A stretch of 64,000 nt of DNA from a virus (Duplodnaviria > Caudoviricetes): positions 1-64,000 of the IMG/VR virus record IMGVR_UViG_3300021431_000005; one strand, written 5' to 3'. The notes beneath the pieces were generated by a model that made no database searches, was not told the origin of the DNA, and saw nothing but the letters and a program-made list of their open reading frames with translations. Position 1 is the stretch's first letter. The number at the start of each line of letters is the position of its first letter. Positions 38,533 to 48,525 of this stretch are shown here, piece after piece. A program made the position numbers and the translations under genes.

Positions 38533-40410
38533 TTACAGAAGTTTAACCATAATTGATACGCCCTGATGATACAGATTGTAAGCAGTGGCTCTCTCGGTAG
38601 CATCATTCATTGAATACTCTTCTTCATTAATACAAACAGACGTTGCACCTGAACTAGTGTAAGCATAACCAGTAGACATACTATCCGTGCCTTTAAATAA
38701 GATTGTATTGATTCCTGCAAGTTCACACTTACCTAACGAAATGTTTAATCGCCAGTTTATATCAATAAAACCAAAACCATAGCCATCACAGTGCGTACCT
38801 GTAGCTGAACCATATGGAATCCTTATACTATAATCTTCACCGATAGAAACCTCATCGGGTATGATACAGATTAAAGTCGGACTTGACCCACCTGTGTCAT
38901 CATCAGAGAATCCGAAATTACACTGGTCAATTGTTATTATAGCCAGTCTGCCTTTGTTGTTGTGCATAAAAACAGCAAAATCATTCCATCGTGATTTTAA
39001 ATCTGCAAAGTCGCCAACAGAAAAGACATCCGAATCCCATTCAAAGGTATAGTCAGCGTTTCTTCTAACGTCTGATTTAGCGGTTTCAAATTCTGTCTTA
39101 TAGTCGGAAACATCAGGAGTTCCTGTAACCACCCATACAATATCGAGTGTATCTAATACAGTTTTATTATCGTTGTATAATACATAGTCGATCAGACAGG
39201 TATCAACTTCCTTGTTGCTGTCAGTAGCCGTACCATCGGCTATTTCCTTTAACTGATAAATCGGTGTAGCAGTAGAATCAATAAGTAAATAGAAACCGTC
39301 TGCAAGTCCCGAAAGAGATGTTACAGCGATAGCATTAACTTTGGCTTCACCATCAGTACTTTCCTGTACTTCCTGATTTACCCACTCATATTCCGTAGGG
39401 TCTGTATCGGGGATAGACACGCACCGATAAAAGAATCCTTTTATGAAATTGCTATCAGTCTCGCCTACATACTGAATAACCTTATTAAGATATTCTGCGC
39501 CCGCCGTGGGGACTACGCTGTACTGTATCTTCTCAACCTCTATTTCATCGCTAGAAATCTTATAGGTGGTTTCACGGTCAGAATCACCCACATAAAACTC
39601 ACGCTTGACTGTGCGATAATAGAATGTATCTGTACCGCTTACAAGAGGATATGTACCGTCAGCTTGTACAAGGTTGAAGTCGGGGTCAGCAAATGTTAGA
39701 GATATAAAGTCACTCCATGTTACTCCGTCTGTGCTTGACTGTATTTCTACTCCGTCAACAGCAGTGTATACATTATTGTTGTACTCAAAATTAGTATCGT
39801 CATCAAGGAATCCCTCACTTGTCAGTTTCGATACAACATTCGAGTAATTACGCAGACCGTAAATAACGTCCTCAATATTGTTTCCAGTAGGCAGAGTGTC
39901 AACATATTTCACGACTTCTCCAAAAGGCTGAACATCTTTTCTGACCCAAGCGTAGGTAGCAGGATCAGTCGTAGAATCTTCTACGCATTCATAGAAATAG
40001 CCGTTTGTATAGTTGGTATCGGTCGTGCCAATAAACTGATAAATCTTGCCGACTTCATCTTCGTTCGCTGTTGGTAACTCTGCTACCTGAAAGACATCCT
40101 GCTTCGCTTGAAGTGCAGTCCAGACACCGCCCGAATAAACAAGATTGGTTGAGTTTTCAGTAGGCAGATTGTCAACGTCAGGCTCATCGGTTATAATGAT
40201 TATTGAACCGTCCTCGATCTCTCCTGCTTCGATTGCCGCATCATATTCCTCTCTCGTACCTATCCAATGAGGAATCTCAGAGTCTTTTATTTCCTGAATC
40301 GCTTCGGCGATAGCACGGTTTTCAACAGGATTTGTGGAATCCAAAAGCAATTCCGTATCAACCGTTGGAACACCGCCATACACTTTGCCATTACGTATGA
40401 TAACAGGCAT
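38533..40410 (-). CDS. Tail fibre/structural protein with GYFY.CV repeats
   Basis: HWIGTREEY, PTENSTNLVYSGGV, two QY.G..D..G.FY.CV repeats. Confidence 0.7.
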   Translation of the reverse strand: MPVIIRNGKVYGGVPTVDTELLLDSTNPVENRAIAEAIQEIKDSEIPHWIGTREEYDAAIEAGEIEDGSIIIITDEPDVDNLPTENSTNLVYSGGVWTALQAKQDVFQVAELPTANEDEVGKIYQFIGTTDTNYTNGYFYECVEDSTTDPATYAWVRKDVQPFGEVVKYVDTLPTGNNIEDVIYGLRNYSNVVSKLTSEGFLDDDTNFEYNNNVYTAVDGVEIQSSTDGVTWSDFISLTFADPDFNLVQADGTYPLVSGTDTFYYRTVKREFYVGDSDRETTYKISSDEIEVEKIQYSVVPTAGAEYLNKVIQYVGETDSNFIKGFFYRCVSIPDTDPTEYEWVNQEVQESTDGEAKVNAIAVTSLSGLADGFYLLIDSTATPIYQLKEIADGTATDSNKEVDTCLIDYVLYNDNKTVLDTLDIVWVVTGTPDVSDYKTEFETAKSDVRRNADYTFEWDSDVFSVGDFADLKSRWNDFAVFMHNNKGRLAIITIDQCNFGFSDDDTGGSSPTLICIIPDEVSIGEDYSIRIPYGSATGTHCDGYGFGFIDINWRLNISLGKCELAGINTILFKGTDSMSTGYAYTSSGATSVCINEEEYSMNDATERATAYNLYHQGVSIMVKLL

Positions 40411-40427
40411 CAGCTATCACTCCTTTC

Positions 40428-40577
40428 TTAATGTGTTATTCCCAATCTCCTGAGAATTTCTTCCTTTTCGTCCTCAGTTAATTTGGGATAATCTTCAAAA
40501 ATTTCTTCGATGGTTTCGCCTTTTGCAAGCCTGCGTTCAATAACTCTCACAAACAGCTTTATCATTGCTTCCGACAT
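40428..40577 (-). CDS. XkdX-like small tail assembly protein (49 aa, not in ORF track)
   Basis: MSEAMIKLFVRVIERRLAKGETIEEIFEDYPKLTEDEKEEILRRLGITH*; TAATG coupling. Confidence 0.65.
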   Translation of the reverse strand: MSEAMIKLFVRVIERRLAKGETIEEIFEDYPKLTEDEKEEILRRLGITH

Positions 40578-40834
40578 TAGAAACCACCCCCTATCATGTC
40601 AGCCAAAATATCTTCGATGTCCGAAAGTCGATCGCTATTCTCTGAACTTGTGAGGAAGATAGCATAGTTCTCTTTCGGAATTTTCTGTTCTTCATATCTG
40701 TATGTGACGTGTTCATTTCCGAACTCATCAACCTCTGTTTTTGAAACTACATTTCTGCGAATATACACCCACTTCTTTGAAGAAAGTGAGTCTATCATAA
40801 TAGGTGATACCATTGATTCAACTTTATACCACAT
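40577..40834 (-). CDS. XkdW-like tail fibre chaperone
   Basis: ES...P..ID..SS...VYIRRNV...Y.YEE; ends DIED.LADM.GG. Confidence 0.6.
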   Translation of the reverse strand: MWYKVESMVSPIMIDSLSSKKWVYIRRNVVSKTEVDEFGNEHVTYRYEEQKIPKENYAIFLTSSENSDRLSDIEDILADMIGGGF

Positions 40835-40849
40835 ACTCTTTTCCTCCTT

Positions 40850-42865
40850 TTAGAAACGTGAAGCGAGCGGTTTACACGAAAGTGTTGTCGATACACTCCA
40901 ATCTGACGAACCAAATAAACCATACGCACCAAGAGCAGAGCAACCCGCATTATAAACAGTCATTGCTCCACATATAGCACAGTTAGCCTGAGAATCACTA
41001 CGATACTGGTCGGTATAATAAGTCGAGCTAGAACCTCCTGTTGCAACTGGAATACAGCCAAAATCTCCCACCATCATTTTGGTTATCCAACCTACTGTTG
41101 GTTTGCTTACAACTATTTCTGTGTAACCTGTACCAGCATGATTATATGGCGCAGTCATTTTATACAAATAACCATTAGCAGTCGGCATGAATCCAGCAAT
41201 ACGTCTCCAAGCTGTACCCCACCAATTCTCCATTCCAAAAGTTTTAACGCCCATATCTCCATTAGACAATTTACCAAAGAACAGTCCTCTATTGTTTAAT
41301 GAACCAGAAACATATTGGTCTTTTAAATCTTTTAATTCGCTGATACTGCTCATTTCGTTATTGCCTACTAAACCCATTCCAAATTTGCTTTGAGAATCAA
41401 ACGAATGAGAAATAAGGAAATGGAGTGCGTTTATCAGCATTCTGTCACACCATACATCTACATACCACTCAATATCAGATGTTGTATTATTTGCGACCGC
41501 TCGTTCAAGCTCTTCAAAACCAGTAGTATTTCCGCAACCACTATCATCATTCAAAGTTACACCTGAAAGCGATCTGAGTTTTGTAGTCCCTGTACCATTA
41601 TAAATGGCTGTATAGAAATGAGGGATAATATCCCCGTTCACATCTTTATTACAGGGACAGTCATACGTGCTGTCGACCTGCTTATTGGCAACATAAAAAC
41701 TCCATTCGCCGTCAACAGTTCCTGCTTCAAACTTAAACCAAATCAATCCCCACTCCATCATAGCATTACCGTCATAAGCAGTATTGTTAATATCAGAGGG
41801 AGTACCGTCTATTTTTTTACTGTAATCATTAGGATTCAGATAATAGTCTACCGTACCATTTGATTTAAGCATACAAGGTTTCGGCATAAAGAAAGCATTT
41901 TTCCATGAACCATAATTGAATGTAGCAGCCCCCATACCAGCAGGAGTCATGCCAATAGCACTTTCCAAATATGTAATTTTTTCGTAAGGATCGCTTTCGT
42001 CCGGGTCAACACTAAATCCGTAAACAATTTCAGGCTCGACATCTTCACCGTCTGTAATAAAATAAACTTTATCGTCAGTGAACTTACTATCAGGTAACGC
42101 TTCGTATTCGTCCATTGTTAAGTCGATGTGTTCGGGGTCATTCTCCTGCACTTGTATTTCTATCCACTCATACCCATTTTCACCCTCGACACATTTATAG
42201 AAATATCCGTTAGTATAAGTATCATCTGTGTCACCTATAAACTGATATATCTTATTGGCATAATATTCAGCGGCTTCGGGTATTGTTTCAATCTGTGTAG
42301 CCTTGACGTATAATCCATCGTCAATATACACCTCTATTGCATTGTCGGGATAATTAGCAATAGGAATACTCTGAACGCCAATCTCTTTCCAATTGTAGCT
42401 AACCACACCCGTGTCAGGGTCAGTCAACTTGTAATTGCGATAAAAGTGTCCCGTTAGTAGAAGTCCTGTAGTATCACCGATGTACTGATAAATGATTCCC
42501 TCATTATCCTCAGTTGGTTCGGGAAGCTGTTCGATCTGTACCGTCCTAGAATAAATGCCGTCAGACAGTTCAACGATTGAGTTATCCCCTTTCTCAGAAA
42601 TGTGTGTGGAGTTTTGTATCTCAACAGGAATCCATTTATAAATAGCATCACCAGTGTCCTCGTCAATTTCCGACACACACTTATAGAAATAAGCGTTGGT
42701 GTAATCGGTATCGGTGTCACCAATATACTGACTAACCTCTCCTAGCAAATCAACCGAAGCGGTCGGCATTACCGTATAGTGAGTAATCTTTTTCACAAGT
42801 CTTGCATGGATGGTGTTGATGAGATTTTGTAAAGTATTCTTATTAGTCCAATCAATATTAGGCAT
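40850..42865 (-). CDS. Tail fibre/receptor-binding protein: three GYFY.CV repeats + C-terminal CLec/FGE-like domain
   Basis: VYGF...ESDP...TYL, FNYGSW..AFFMPKPCMLK, VKTFGMENWWG, ends LSCKP. Confidence 0.75.
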   Translation of the reverse strand: MPNIDWTNKNTLQNLINTIHARLVKKITHYTVMPTASVDLLGEVSQYIGDTDTDYTNAYFYKCVSEIDEDTGDAIYKWIPVEIQNSTHISEKGDNSIVELSDGIYSRTVQIEQLPEPTEDNEGIIYQYIGDTTGLLLTGHFYRNYKLTDPDTGVVSYNWKEIGVQSIPIANYPDNAIEVYIDDGLYVKATQIETIPEAAEYYANKIYQFIGDTDDTYTNGYFYKCVEGENGYEWIEIQVQENDPEHIDLTMDEYEALPDSKFTDDKVYFITDGEDVEPEIVYGFSVDPDESDPYEKITYLESAIGMTPAGMGAATFNYGSWKNAFFMPKPCMLKSNGTVDYYLNPNDYSKKIDGTPSDINNTAYDGNAMMEWGLIWFKFEAGTVDGEWSFYVANKQVDSTYDCPCNKDVNGDIIPHFYTAIYNGTGTTKLRSLSGVTLNDDSGCGNTTGFEELERAVANNTTSDIEWYVDVWCDRMLINALHFLISHSFDSQSKFGMGLVGNNEMSSISELKDLKDQYVSGSLNNRGLFFGKLSNGDMGVKTFGMENWWGTAWRRIAGFMPTANGYLYKMTAPYNHAGTGYTEIVVSKPTVGWITKMMVGDFGCIPVATGGSSSTYYTDQYRSDSQANCAICGAMTVYNAGCSALGAYGLFGSSDWSVSTTLSCKPLASRF

Positions 42866-42870
42866 TTATA

Positions 42871-44373
42871 TCACACTCCTTCTGCGTTAGCCCACATAGC
42901 GTTAATCTCAGCTAACGTTATTTCAGTCAAGTCCTCATACTTTATATATCCTGAGAGGTCAAGCTCAGTGTCGCCAATTTTTTCCCAACCCGAAGTTGTA
43001 CCATCGAGGTTAATATATTCGGTTTTGATATTTTGGTTTTCTCTACTAACTGCGTTTACAGTTACAGCGGAATATGTATCATCGTCAATATACCCCTTAA
43101 TGGTTTCTGCATCGGCTCCTGTAACGTTCTCAGCGAATATATAATATCCCGCAGTAGAGTCATAGGTGTACTTGTCATATGCGGGAGTAGTATCGTCACC
43201 AGCAGAAACATACACATCACTATTTGCTGTACCATTGTAATAGCCATTTACAGCATTCAACTTAGGCACAAGATAAATAGCGTTAGTTTTAATATCCGTT
43301 GTTGGCAGAGTTGGCACAACGATAAAGTGTCCCGCAAGTTCGATAAGTTCATCAATCTCTTCTTTATTGTAAGTTAGCTTAGTCCAAGCTGCACCAGTAG
43401 TAGAATCATAAGTTCCAATGTAGTAGTCGCCTTGAACATAATCAACGGTTGTTGCGCCAGTGTACATTAAAATTTTCCCTGTATATGCCACATCGGGTAT
43501 CGGCATTACACTTGCCTGAGAAGCAGGAACATACAAGCCATCTGCCACTTCAACAAGAGCATTGAAGTCATCCGCTGAAATATGTGTCGAGTTCTGAACT
43601 TCTACGGGTTTCCACGAATAAGTAGTTATACCGCCCTCACTTTCGGCTACGCATTTATAAAAATAACCATTGGTAAGACTTGCCGTTGTAGCCCCTGTGT
43701 ACTGTACGATCGTTCCAACCATACCCAAGTTTGCTATCGGGAGCGTATCAGACTGTATACTGAACGAATATAACTTTCCGTCCCTGTATACCAAAGAATT
43801 AAACACATCGTCCGAAAGTTCCAGTGGGTCAGCAATTTCTTTTTCAACCCATGAGTATGTACCACTATCGGAATCGTAAACATTCTGATAGAATTTACCG
43901 TTTGTATACTCAGCCGTTGTTGCGCCAACGTACTGATAAATTCTACCAATGTTAGTAGCCATTGGTGTAGGGAGAACTGAAACCTGAACCTCGTGTTCTT
44001 TCAAGGTAACATACAAACCGTTGCTTGTCACAGCATTTAAACTATCAGCGGTAGGCTCGCTGTCCATATTCATGATAGTAGTCGTACCATCGTTATTAGT
44101 AAATGTCCATGTGCCAGTCGTAGCATTCTTTTCAGCCTTTACAATAAAGTCTGTATTAGCTATTTTCCAATATGTACTGTTTTCGACAGTTTCATCACCA
44201 TTGATGATTTCAATATTTTCAGTATTGGTATTTACTCGTCCAAACAGAGTATCGAGATCGTAACTCTCAATATCACCCATGAGTTCTTTAAGTTCTTCAA
44301 TTATACGGTCGACCTCAGATAAACCACCAACTGCTTTAAGTCCTAAGATTCTCGCAAAATTATCCGCTGCCAT
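42871..44373 (-). CDS. Tail fibre/upper fibre protein with GYFY.CV repeats
   Basis: Three QY.GATT..G.FY repeats; C-terminal LPT..I....IYLVP...EYI.....WEKIG.T..DLSGY. Confidence 0.7.
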   Translation of the reverse strand: MAADNFARILGLKAVGGLSEVDRIIEELKELMGDIESYDLDTLFGRVNTNTENIEIINGDETVENSTYWKIANTDFIVKAEKNATTGTWTFTNNDGTTTIMNMDSEPTADSLNAVTSNGLYVTLKEHEVQVSVLPTPMATNIGRIYQYVGATTAEYTNGKFYQNVYDSDSGTYSWVEKEIADPLELSDDVFNSLVYRDGKLYSFSIQSDTLPIANLGMVGTIVQYTGATTASLTNGYFYKCVAESEGGITTYSWKPVEVQNSTHISADDFNALVEVADGLYVPASQASVMPIPDVAYTGKILMYTGATTVDYVQGDYYIGTYDSTTGAAWTKLTYNKEEIDELIELAGHFIVVPTLPTTDIKTNAIYLVPKLNAVNGYYNGTANSDVYVSAGDDTTPAYDKYTYDSTAGYYIFAENVTGADAETIKGYIDDDTYSAVTVNAVSRENQNIKTEYINLDGTTSGWEKIGDTELDLSGYIKYEDLTEITLAEINAMWANAEGV

Positions 44374-44406
44374 TTACAATCACCTCGCTTTTCGTTTATC
44401 AATTGA

Positions 44407-44598
44407 TTATCCTCTCTTGTGCCATATCTGATTTTCAATATCGAATATGTAAAAATGTCCAGTATCGACCTCGTAGAAAATAGAAAACTGAGGGACAAGA
44501 CATCCGCCCCATTTGAGTGGTTTTTCATCTGTCGAAAGTCCAGTCAGAAACAACTCTTTCTGATTTTTGTCGTCGCCCTGTGCGTTAAGCTGTACCAT
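44407..44598 (-). CDS. Small structural protein
   Basis: GLSTDEKP...S.F.E.DTG..Y.FD....W; AAAGGTGG RBS. Confidence 0.65.
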   Translation of the reverse strand: MVQLNAQGDDKNQKELFLTGLSTDEKPLKWGGCLVPQFSIFYEVDTGHFYIFDIENQIWHKRG

Positions 44599-44622
44599 AT
44601 TATTCATACCACCTTTCATAAC

Positions 44623-44652
44623 AAAAGGCTCTCATAGTTTCCCATGAGAGCC
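44623..44652 (-). terminator. Terminator after endolysin
   Basis: Minus strand ggctctcat...atgagagcc followed by tttt. Confidence 0.7.
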
Positions 44653-44667
44653 ATAGCTTTTGATTTG

Positions 44668-46035
44668 TTACTTTAATTCTTTGTATATCTTATTGATAAA
44701 GTTCGTGCCTGCAATACCAGTCTGCTTATACCCCCACTTTTTAAGCAGAGCATTTATTACCTTGATACAACCATTGCCAATACCACTTGTATCGTCCATC
44801 TTGCCTTCAACTATTTTTCGATCGACCGCAAGTTTAAGCAGAGATTTGAGAGCAAGCGCCTGATAACCCTTGTCCCCTTTCTTGACTCCTGCGCTATCAA
44901 GAGTTTTGAGTTCTTCGGTTGCACTTGTACTATTCGTAGTTGTAGTAGTCGCTGGTTTAGCGTAGCCGTTAAGTCCTGCGTTTTTAATAATTGTTGGATA
45001 ATCGACATAGCAATAATCCACGTCAACATCTCCACTAATACCACTGACTCTGCCACTTGAACTATATTGCCACATACCATAATCACCTTTATAGTTACAA
45101 GACGGAGCGTATTCAGCAAGCCAAAGAGCGTATCTCGATGCTACATCTTTAGTAAGATAAGACTGAGCAGGGGAGCGTGAAATGTAAATGCCTGCAAAAT
45201 ATCCTGCCTTTTCAATAACATCACAAAACGCTTTGCATTTTCCTGACACATCTCCCGACAAAGCAGAACCTTCAATATCAAAGTAAATCGGATATTCAAA
45301 CTGTTTTCCTTTAATTACTTCAAGGCAGGCCTTAGCTTCTCTCTTGGCATCCTCAACTGATGATGCGTAACTAAACCAGTAAACCGAGCATTTTATTCCA
45401 TGTTTCTTGCATTCAGCATAGTTGCGTTCAAACGAACTGTCCACCTGATTGGTATATCTACCATAGCCTGCCTGCATAATAACGAAATCAACATCTTTCT
45501 TTACTTTTGCAAAATCGGGATTTCCCTGATAACGAGAAATGTCGACACCTTTAGTCGTACTCATTTTCCTGTCTCCTTTTGTTTCTGTGGTTTTCTTCGT
45601 CTTAATCATCGACTGGTCTTTTGGTCTGAGAACGCCGAGGACATGATTATAGTTGTGTCTAACCCTTTCAGTTGGGTGACACATCCCGTCCCAATTTTCT
45701 TCAAAGCTATAAAAATATGTAGTGTCGCCAACACCATCACAAATAGCTACATGACCAGCCTTTCCGTTGAGCGACTTCGCCCAAACAATAATATCGCCTT
45801 TCTGTGGGATAAATTCGGGTGTATTTGGTATGCGTGTAAAAAGATTTTTACTAGGCTGATTTTCAAAGTTTTCGTAAATCTCCCATGCGTACATACCTAC
45901 AAATGCCTTACCGCCAAGTACATTTACGCAATAATGGTTTGCAAGGTCAAAACATTGATAAGACCATTTTTTGTCATAGTCTATTCCGACACCATTGTAC
46001 TTCTTAAAATATTCATCAAATGTCATAAGTGCCAT
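44668..46035 (-). CDS. Endolysin: CHAP + GH25 muramidase + C-terminal binding domain
   Basis: QCFDL...GHVA (CHAP); GVDISRYQG, YFDIE, WLAEY, WQYSSSG.V.GI.G.VD (GH25). Confidence 0.9.
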   Translation of the reverse strand: MALMTFDEYFKKYNGVGIDYDKKWSYQCFDLANHYCVNVLGGKAFVGMYAWEIYENFENQPSKNLFTRIPNTPEFIPQKGDIIVWAKSLNGKAGHVAICDGVGDTTYFYSFEENWDGMCHPTERVRHNYNHVLGVLRPKDQSMIKTKKTTETKGDRKMSTTKGVDISRYQGNPDFAKVKKDVDFVIMQAGYGRYTNQVDSSFERNYAECKKHGIKCSVYWFSYASSVEDAKREAKACLEVIKGKQFEYPIYFDIEGSALSGDVSGKCKAFCDVIEKAGYFAGIYISRSPAQSYLTKDVASRYALWLAEYAPSCNYKGDYGMWQYSSSGRVSGISGDVDVDYCYVDYPTIIKNAGLNGYAKPATTTTTNSTSATEELKTLDSAGVKKGDKGYQALALKSLLKLAVDRKIVEGKMDDTSGIGNGCIKVINALLKKWGYKQTGIAGTNFINKIYKELK

Positions 46036-46045
46036 AATCATCACC

Positions 46046-46465
46046 TCATTTTCCAAATATAGTCGGAGCGATTGTTCCAAGAATGAACGCTGCGATTCCT
46101 GTAATAATCAGTCCGACCACTTTGTTCTTTATGTCGTCATAGGTCTTAGCTTTTGAAAGAATGCTTTCGTTTTTTACCTCTGATAATTCTGTTTTCATCT
46201 CCGAACGCACTTCCGATAATTCAGTTCTCATTTCCGACTGTGACGTTTTCATTTCCGACTGCGATGCTTTCATATCATTTATATCATTTTTAAAATGTGT
46301 CATGTCCTGTGCAATGAGTTCTACCGAAGTTGCGATTTTGTTAAGAGCTTTGTTCTCTTCCTTCAATCCTTTTATATCTTCCTTGATTTCTTCTATCTGA
46401 TGAGTGTTGCTTTTTGAGCGTTCACTAGCTTCTGTAATCATCTGTACGTACTGTTCTTCCATCAC
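46046..46465 (-). CDS. XhlA-like coiled-coil + C-terminal TM lysis protein
   Basis: RSKSNTH.IEE, heptad repeats, one C-terminal TM helix; lies between holin and endolysin. Confidence 0.65.
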   Translation of the reverse strand: MMEEQYVQMITEASERSKSNTHQIEEIKEDIKGLKEENKALNKIATSVELIAQDMTHFKNDINDMKASQSEMKTSQSEMRTELSEVRSEMKTELSEVKNESILSKAKTYDDIKNKVVGLIITGIAAFILGTIAPTIFGK

Positions 46466-46794
46466 TCGTCACCGCCTTTATCCTTTAAGGCGTTGTTGAG
46501 TTCGTATACCGCCGATTCAATGAGTGTTCTCAATTCGTCAGCATCAAGATAAATTCCTTTTTCTTCCAAAATCTTTGACACCTGTAATTCTGCTGTTGCA
46601 AGCTTGTCCTCACCATGAATATCTTTACAAGTCTGTTCGACAAACTTAACAGTGTCAGTTACAAATTTTCTTATCTCATCATTCTTTACACTCCGCTTTA
46701 TAGCAGAAGTAATTACACCAACACAGATTACCAGCATGAAATTGAGTAACGATGGTGCGAGAACTTTTGCTATTTCAATAATTATATCTTTCAT
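46462..46794 (-). CDS. Holin (LL-H family)
   Basis: One N-terminal TM; VKFVEQ...G.DKL..A...IESAV.EL. Confidence 0.8.
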   Translation of the reverse strand: MKDIIIEIAKVLAPSLLNFMLVICVGVITSAIKRSVKNDEIRKFVTDTVKFVEQTCKDIHGEDKLATAELQVSKILEEKGIYLDADELRTLIESAVYELNNALKDKGGDE

Positions 46795-47516
46795 TTGATA
46801 ATGCTCCTTTCCAAATTTTGAGTGACTATCTTTTTGTTATTGGTTTTTCCGAATGGATTATTTTTTATAAGTATGGTTTGTTCAGGAGGACTGCTGTACT
46901 TAAATCCCAATTGAATCCAATGTGAACCTGATGTGAGTGGTTTATATATTGGAACAACATTTGCAATCAATATCGAATGAGGCGGTTCAGTTTGAAAAAT
47001 GTCAATTAAACCCATTGATGCAGAATTATCATAAGGAGTTATTATAGACGTTCCTGAAACTTGTAATGCCAAATTATTCAACCCTAATTGCTGTGGCGGA
47101 TCATTGACACGATACTCCTGATATGCTGACCTCCCGTCATCATAACTGGTGCGCTTAATCCAATAAATAATATATTCGCCTGTTTGATAAGGGTCGATCT
47201 CCAATGATATTCTAACCGTGGCATACCCCCCACTACTGGCAGAATCATCATAAATATTATACTCATATGGTTCAAATATCCTATACTCTAATTCCTGATA
47301 TGCTCCCACATCTTCAATATAATACGGAGATATGTTATAATACAACATATCGTCCAAACCATACAACATTACAGTATGTCCAGAAACACTCGGTAATACA
47401 TTCCTTTCTGCTGTAACAGCACTATCTTCAACAGAGTACGTATATTTGATTTTATATTCATGTTCATTCTCTTTTAAAAGATAGGAGCGTTCAATGTCTA
47501 TCGGTAAATAATTCAT
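46791..47516 (-). CDS. Hypothetical tail-region protein
   Basis: Tyr-rich beta-type ORF in the late operon. Confidence 0.55.
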   Translation of the reverse strand: MNYLPIDIERSYLLKENEHEYKIKYTYSVEDSAVTAERNVLPSVSGHTVMLYGLDDMLYYNISPYYIEDVGAYQELEYRIFEPYEYNIYDDSASSGGYATVRISLEIDPYQTGEYIIYWIKRTSYDDGRSAYQEYRVNDPPQQLGLNNLALQVSGTSIITPYDNSASMGLIDIFQTEPPHSILIANVVPIYKPLTSGSHWIQLGFKYSSPPEQTILIKNNPFGKTNNKKIVTQNLERSIIK

Positions 47517-47532
47517 ATAAATCGCTCCTATC

Positions 47533-48525
47533 TCATGTTGGATTTAATTCCGATTTCGTCAACGTAGTGATCGCGTAATTGTATTCCGCTTCATTCTTAA
47601 ATGGTATGTTAAACGTTCTTTGAGAAATTACGGAAACCGCAGGCTGAGAACCTTCATTGTCATTTCGAGCCACGCCAACCGCTCTACATACAACATATCC
47701 ATACGGATAGTATGTTGTAGGAGCGCATATTTGCTTTGTTAAAAGCGCAACGCCCAAATCATCAAAAGTAGTAAAATACGCCTTGTCACCGTTTGCCTTA
47801 CGCAATGTATACTGATCCGCACTTGTCGAGCCGCTTAAACATATATTATATATTTCATTGCCCTGTATCGGATCAGTATCTGCTTGCATTGTTATCTTAG
47901 TACACAACAAAACGTCTGCTCCCCAATTCCAGTTGACACCGCTTGGAGAATAAGTTGTATCACAAGTTCCAATAACAGCAGTATAAACACTTTGACTTCC
48001 CCATTTCCTTTCTGTACTAAGCAGGGAAGTAGGAATAGCAGTAACCCAATCATAAATATCAGAAACGCTATAGGTATTGTCATACGCTGTAACAAGTATT
48101 GGAATCTCGCTTGCTATGATAATATTCTTGGGATCGCCATATTTTACTTTAATGCTATTTTCAACATCAACATCGAACACCTCGGTTGACACCGTAAAAA
48201 TATCACTTTGATTTTCAAGCATTGCAACAGCATTAGTTATACTAAGCTGTCCCCTCTTAACATTCGGCAAACCATTTCGGATAGCAATATATCCGTTAGC
48301 AAGATTCGTCCAATAGTGAACCCACACCGAATCGCCCTCATACAAGTTCTCGCCAGTTTTATTCAACAGCGTAAGTGAACGCCCCATGCACTCGACAACC
48401 GCTTTGCCTCCGTCACCGATCACACTCGTTACTTTACCCGAGCATCTTTTAAGACTGTCTATTTCAGAAGTCTTGTCGCCAATCATAGAGGATAGGTAGT
48501 CGGTAAAATTTTTTATATCACTCAT
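47533..48525 (-). CDS. Baseplate/tail spike-like protein with N-terminal OB-like domain
   Basis: G.V..V......V.......LNKTGE.L..GD.V.V.Y. Confidence 0.6.
   Translation of the reverse strand: MSDIKNFTDYLSSMIGDKTSEIDSLKRCSGKVTSVIGDGGKAVVECMGRSLTLLNKTGENLYEGDSVWVHYWTNLANGYIAIRNGLPNVKRGQLSITNAVAMLENQSDIFTVSTEVFDVDVENSIKVKYGDPKNIIIASEIPILVTAYDNTYSVSDIYDWVTAIPTSLLSTERKWGSQSVYTAVIGTCDTTYSPSGVNWNWGADVLLCTKITMQADTDPIQGNEIYNICLSGSTSADQYTLRKANGDKAYFTTFDDLGVALLTKQICAPTTYYPYGYVVCRAVGVARNDNEGSQPAVSVISQRTFNIPFKNEAEYNYAITTLTKSELNPT

Noticed and set aside
33673-44373. Tail-fibre shufflon driven by the adjacent recombinase
   Set aside because: All fibre genes are co-oriented with their own starts; I found no inverted crossover repeats or promoterless cassettes by eye.
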